From NCBI GenBank assembly GCA_963823665.1, contig CAWGMQ010000010.1:1024001-1088000 (forward strand): a stretch of 64,000 nt of DNA. Direction: 5' to 3'. The notes under the pieces are model-generated. The model was not told the DNA's origin and did not search any database. It saw only the letters and a program-made list of their open reading frames with translations. Of the stretch, positions 60,031 to 64,000 are shown piece after piece. Within the stretch, counting starts at the first letter, position 1, and every line of letters starts with the position of its first letter. A program made the translations under genes and the position numbers. Source of the stretch: an uncultured Planctomycetota bacterium. GTDB lineage: Bacteria > Planctomycetota > Planctomycetia > Isosphaerales > Isosphaeraceae.

Positions 60031-61170
60031 TCAGATCGACAGGCGGAGCTGCTGGCCACTCCTGCTCTCGTCGCCGAGCGACGACAGGGTTACGCCGAGC
60101 AAACGGATGCCCTTGCTGACAGGAAAGATCGCCTCGAGGAGCGAGTAAACGACCGCCTCGATTGCGGCTTCCGTCGTGAAGGGATTCTGGCCGGTCCGGC
60201 TGCGGGTGACTTGCCGGAAGTCGGCGTACCTCGCTTTGAGCGTCACGGTGCGACCTCGAATGGTCGACTCTTCACAGTACGACCACACTTGCTCGATGAG
60301 CGGTTTGACAGCGGCGCGTGCCTCGTCGAGAGTGCAGAGATCAGTCGCGAACGTGTTCTCCGCGCTGACGGACTTTCGAATGCGATTGGCGCAGACCAGT
60401 CGTTCGTCAATGGCCCGCGCAAGGTTGTAGTAGTAAGGACCCACCTTTCCAAACTGTTGCTGAAGAAAAGAGAGTGTTTGCGCTTTCAAGTCACTTCCCT
60501 TGTGAATGCCGAGCCGCTCCATCTTGGCACTGGTGACGGGACCGATGCCGTGAAACTTACCAACCGGCAAATCGTCGACGAACGCCGGGCCGTTTTTCGG
60601 CGTGATGACGAACAGTCCGTCCGGCTTGCGCTCGTTGGACGCCATCTTGGCGAGGAACTTGTTATACGACACGCCCGCGGAAGCGGTGAGCTCGGTCTCA
60701 GCACGAATTCTCGAGCGGATCTGCCGGGCAATCTCCGTTGCGGAAGGGATGCGTTTCAGGTTCTCGGTGACGTCAAGATACGCCTCATCGAGCGCAACCG
60801 GCTCGACGAGCTGCGTGTACTCGGCAAAGATCGCGCGGATTTGATGCGACACCGCGCGATAGACATCGAACCGTGGTTTCACGAAAATCAAATCCGGGCA
60901 GTTTCGCCGGGCGGTTATCGACGGCATGGCGGAGTGAACGCCGAATTTGCGAGCCTCGTAACTCGCCGCCGCCACGACACCGCGCTCGCGTGACCCGCCG
61001 ACCGCGACCGGCTTACCGCGCAGCTCCGGGTTGTCTCGCTGCTCCACGGAAGCATAGAACGCGTCCATGTCGATATGTATGATCTTACGCTGCCGCGTGG
61101 GTTCGACGTAACAACCCTCGCGGCTCGTGGCGATCGCTTCCGGCCGCCGTTCGATTTCCGGCTCTTCCAT
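60031..61170 (-). CDS. dinB: DNA polymerase IV (Y-family)
   Basis: RKIIHIDMDAFYASVEQRD; AASYEARKFGVHSAMP; LDEAYLD; SAGVSYNKFLAKMAS; RKSVSAENTF. Confidence 0.95.
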   Translation of the reverse strand: MEEPEIERRPEAIATSREGCYVEPTRQRKIIHIDMDAFYASVEQRDNPELRGKPVAVGGSRERGVVAAASYEARKFGVHSAMPSITARRNCPDLIFVKPRFDVYRAVSHQIRAIFAEYTQLVEPVALDEAYLDVTENLKRIPSATEIARQIRSRIRAETELTASAGVSYNKFLAKMASNERKPDGLFVITPKNGPAFVDDLPVGKFHGIGPVTSAKMERLGIHKGSDLKAQTLSFLQQQFGKVGPYYYNLARAIDERLVCANRIRKSVSAENTFATDLCTLDEARAAVKPLIEQVWSYCEESTIRGRTVTLKARYADFRQVTRSRTGQNPFTTEAAIEAVVYSLLEAIFPVSKGIRLLGVTLSSLGDESRSGQQLRLSI

Positions 61171-61241
61171 CTGGCTTCAGGCCGCGAGGCCGCCCTCTTT
61201 ACTCACCTCGGCTCAGGCGACTGGCACGATCGATCCATGAA

Positions 61242-61270
61242 CGTCCATGGCGCGAATCACGCCATGGACG
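61242..61270. other. Perfect 11-bp inverted repeat between the MBL gene and dinB (hairpin or operator)
   Basis: CGTCCATGGCG-cgaatca-CGCCATGGACG. Confidence 0.6.
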
Positions 61271-61337
61271 CCTGAGTCTCCGATGCTCACGGCACTGACT
61301 CTACCAGATGAATGGCCATCCGTATACTGATTATCGA

Positions 61338-62315
61338 TCAGCTCGACCTCGCAGACGCGCGATGTTTCGCCAGGCCGTCATAGGCGACCCGGGTGAACAT
61401 GCCGCCGGTGAAGAAGCCCTTGGCCCACACAGCGTCGAGATCGTTTGTAGGCCGGGCGACGATTGCCTCCTGGGTGGTCTTGCCGGCGTCGAGGAGCGTC
61501 GCCAGGCGGTCGTTGACCGTCATGAGCATCTTCCGGAAGGCGGCCAGCTCGGCCGAGGTGGCCATCAGGCCGTGGCCCGGGATCAGTCGCGTCTTGGGTC
61601 CGGCAAGTTTGAGGATGCGATCGGCTGCGGCGATCATGCCGCCGATCCATCCGAGGCTCGACGCGTCGATATTCGGATAGAAGCCGTTCGAAAAGAGGTC
61701 GCCGGTGTGGATCACGTCGAGTGACGTGAAATGCACGATCAGGTCGCCATCGGTATGCGCCGGAGGGACGGCGGCCAGATGGAGCACCTCGGAGCCGACG
61801 TGGAGGTCGAATTCGTCTGCCGTCAAGATTGGCAGCGCGATCGACGGCGAGGCCGGTGTGGTCATCTTGAATGCTTCGGTGTACTGATCGGTCGAGAGCC
61901 GCTTCCGCGTGGCCGCGGTCGCAAAGATCGTTGCTCCTGCGCGGGCGAAAACTTCGTTGCCGCCGGCGTGATCGAAGTGCCAGTGCGTATTGATCAAACG
62001 CGAAACAGGCTTCCCGCCAACGCGTTTGACCGTCTCGAAGATCTCCTTGGCCCGCACGGGCACTCCCGAATCGATCACGGTGAGGCCGTCTGGTCCGTCG
62101 AGGACGGCGATGTTACCACCGGGACCCTGGATCAGGTGCAAACCGGTTGCGAGCTCAACGTGCTGGATCGGGATTTTCTCCATCAATGGACCCATCTTGG
62201 CGATCAACGGCGCGGGGTCAGAGTCGTCTTTTTGTTCGTCACCGCGGATGCGGCCTGCGGTCAAGAGAATTCCAGCAGCTCCAAGCCCCGATTGCATCCA
62301 TTCGCGTCTGTTCAT
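61338..62315 (-). CDS. MBL-fold metallo-hydrolase (cyclase-like) with Tat-like signal
   Basis: MNRREWMQ; INTHWHFDHAGGN; AHTDGD; HTGD; IPGHG. Confidence 0.9.
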   Translation of the reverse strand: MNRREWMQSGLGAAGILLTAGRIRGDEQKDDSDPAPLIAKMGPLMEKIPIQHVELATGLHLIQGPGGNIAVLDGPDGLTVIDSGVPVRAKEIFETVKRVGGKPVSRLINTHWHFDHAGGNEVFARAGATIFATAATRKRLSTDQYTEAFKMTTPASPSIALPILTADEFDLHVGSEVLHLAAVPPAHTDGDLIVHFTSLDVIHTGDLFSNGFYPNIDASSLGWIGGMIAAADRILKLAGPKTRLIPGHGLMATSAELAAFRKMLMTVNDRLATLLDAGKTTQEAIVARPTNDLDAVWAKGFFTGGMFTRVAYDGLAKHRASARSS

Positions 62316-62456
62316 CGTGGAAATCACTCCTGAGAGACCCGATTCCAGCCCGCCCGACTACCGTGGCGCGGCACAGAAATGCATCTTACAATGGGAGTAC
62401 AGCGGGGGGAACGGCGCTTAAAAGAACGGCGCCCTCGGTGGTCGTGCGCGCGCCGA

Positions 62457-62733
62457 TCACGCAGTGTCGTCGGGTAGCGATTCTTGCTGTCGAGCCCGGT
62501 CCAGCAGATCGCGCACACCGAGCTGGGGAGCCCAAAGCTCAAGGTATTCGCGATCCAGCGAAGCCGCCTGCACTGTGCGACAGCTCCATTTCCACGACCA
62601 GGTCGACATCCTGCGTTGCACGCGGAATGCCGTAGAGCGAACTGGCGAACGAGCCGCCGACCACGTAGCGAATGCCGAGCTCGTTGAAAGCTCGCACGAG
62701 TCTCGCAAGGACGATCAGCGGTTCGGTGAACAT
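62457..62733 (-). pseudogene. Nucleotidyltransferase-like gene with an internal deletion
   Basis: The N-terminus YVVGGSFASSLYGIPRATQDVDLVV joins out of frame near 62585 to a typical C-terminus, LDREYLELWAPQLGVRDLL. Confidence 0.75.
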
Positions 62734-63023
62734 CAGTAGCCGGTCTCTCGGACATCCCAGCCGAACGCGCGGACCATCAAGTCCGGCTCGATGCACCGCG
62801 ACGCAAGTCGCAACGTCAGCTCTCGCTCGCCGGCGTGAGGGTGCCGGCGCCGGATGTCCGCAAGTGCGAGCTGCCGTACAGCCCGAGTGAGCGCGCAGAC
62901 ACACTCGATCTTCTGAGAAGGGGACATCTTGCGATAGCCCTCGACCAGGATCGCTTCAACAACCGGATCGGTGTCACCGGGACCAGATCTGCCGTGCGGC
63001 GCTCTGGGATTCATCTCGCTCAC
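62733..63023 (-). CDS. Small hypothetical protein, putative partner of the nucleotidyltransferase
   Basis: DTDPVVEAILVEGYRKMSPSQK...IRRRHPHAGERE; TGATG overlap with the downstream gene. Confidence 0.7.
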   Translation of the reverse strand: MSEMNPRAPHGRSGPGDTDPVVEAILVEGYRKMSPSQKIECVCALTRAVRQLALADIRRRHPHAGERELTLRLASRCIEPDLMVRAFGWDVRETGY

Positions 63024-63238
63024 GCCAGTATTGTGGTGAGATCATTTCCGCTCGCCAAATGCCGGCCCCCGGCCCCACCTCTCGGGCCGCGAGCCGGCCG
63101 AGCACAGTGTTCATGTTAATCCCGAGCGTAATCGTGGCATAGAGCCTAACATGCTCGAGCTTTCGCGCGCGTCGCAATCATTAGATTTCCGCGCGCGGTG
63201 ATCTCGCCTGAGGGACGGATATGCGACGTGCGGGTCGG

Positions 63239-64000
63239 TCATTCGTCTATCAAGAGGCGGGGAGTGACGACCGGCTTGATCTGCGCTTGTCCTAGCTGGC
63301 GGACGAACGACTGGAACGCAACGGGATCGCTGTCGGCAGCGAGCCTCATGACGGGCGTCCACTTGAAAACCCGCCGCACCGTTTCGACCGCCCGGACGTC
63401 ATCTGGATCACGGGGCTTCATGACCTGGGCGTAATCGTCATAGCGGATGATCCTCCCGGGTTCTCTTGCCGAGGACTTCCAGAATGCCACACAGGGCTCC
63501 GCCGCGCGAACCTCCAGGGTGCCGCCATCGCTGCTGATCGTGACGGGGTGATGAGAATCCACGATGGTCAATCCATCCGGAAACTCGCCCTGGGTAGAAC
63601 CCGTCCGATAGAACAGTTTTTCCGCAATGGCATCGGCCCAGAGCAACCAGTAGCCGTCTTCTGTGTCCAGATAGGATGTGGCGACCTGAGGCCTGTAGCC
63701 GTGCTTGCCATTGTGCGTGACCCGATCCGTGAGTGTGACCAATCCATTATTGCCCTTCTCCACCAGCCTTGCCATGGGGCGAGCCTGGGCCGCTTGCAGG
63801 CCGGTGACGATTGATCGATCGCCGACCGAGAGGATGATTGAGCCGTCGGGAGTGTACGTGAGCCGCACAAGCTGACCTTTGGCTGCGCCCAACGTCACGG
63901 CCTTTGCTCCCTGGTGGATGCCACCGATGAGACCGTGGGGAGCGCTGCCGGGAAGCCCGCTGGCTTGGGTTTCGATCAAGGCTTTGAAGGAGGGCGCACG
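63239..64000 (-). CDS. Hypothetical protein, C-terminal part (starts beyond the window)
   Basis: Long open frame with protein-like composition running to the window edge. Confidence 0.65.
   Translation of the reverse strand, partial: RAPSFKALIETQASGLPGSAPHGLIGGIHQGAKAVTLGAAKGQLVRLTYTPDGSIILSVGDRSIVTGLQAAQARPMARLVEKGNNGLVTLTDRVTHNGKHGYRPQVATSYLDTEDGYWLLWADAIAEKLFYRTGSTQGEFPDGLTIVDSHHPVTISSDGGTLEVRAAEPCVAFWKSSAREPGRIIRYDDYAQVMKPRDPDDVRAVETVRRVFKWTPVMRLAADSDPVAFQSFVRQLGQAQIKPVVTPRLLIDE

Overview
This is a GC-rich chromosomal window from a planctomycete. The assignment (Isosphaeraceae-like) is inferred from the ECF sigma/Ser-Thr kinase pairs, Arg-rich 'E.LE.R.LL' N-termini, Uma2 proteins and a PEP-CTERM protein. 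No rRNA, tRNA, CRISPR array or intact transposase was seen. Many long genes are broken by 1-bp frameshifts, most likely long-read assembly errors. Main content: (i) a ~570-590 bp non-coding element present twice (3134-3704, 4480-5072), with a 65-nt near-identical structured core; (ii) a tight 3-gene cluster encoding a secreted GH24 lysozyme-like protein with altered catalytic residues, a Tyr-rich segment and a long Gly-rich tract, then a TPR-sulfotransferase, then a secreted multi-Ig protein; (iii) exported amide hydrolases and a Tat-exported PLP enzyme; (iv) three ECF sigma genes and three Ser/Thr kinases, one kinase carrying a fused sigma-region-4-like remnant; (v) a triplicated module in which the same 43-bp motif GTCTTAGGTTTTC-N10-AGTAATGA-N4-TAGACGAC lies upstream of three sets of large secreted beta-helix or PEP-CTERM genes, divergent from an ECF sigma (+/- kinase), with two copies sharing a structured leader; (vi) amidohydrolases, an aspartic protease, dinB, an MBL hydrolase and a decayed nucleotidyltransferase pair. 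All family calls come from motif recognition by eye; no database search was run.
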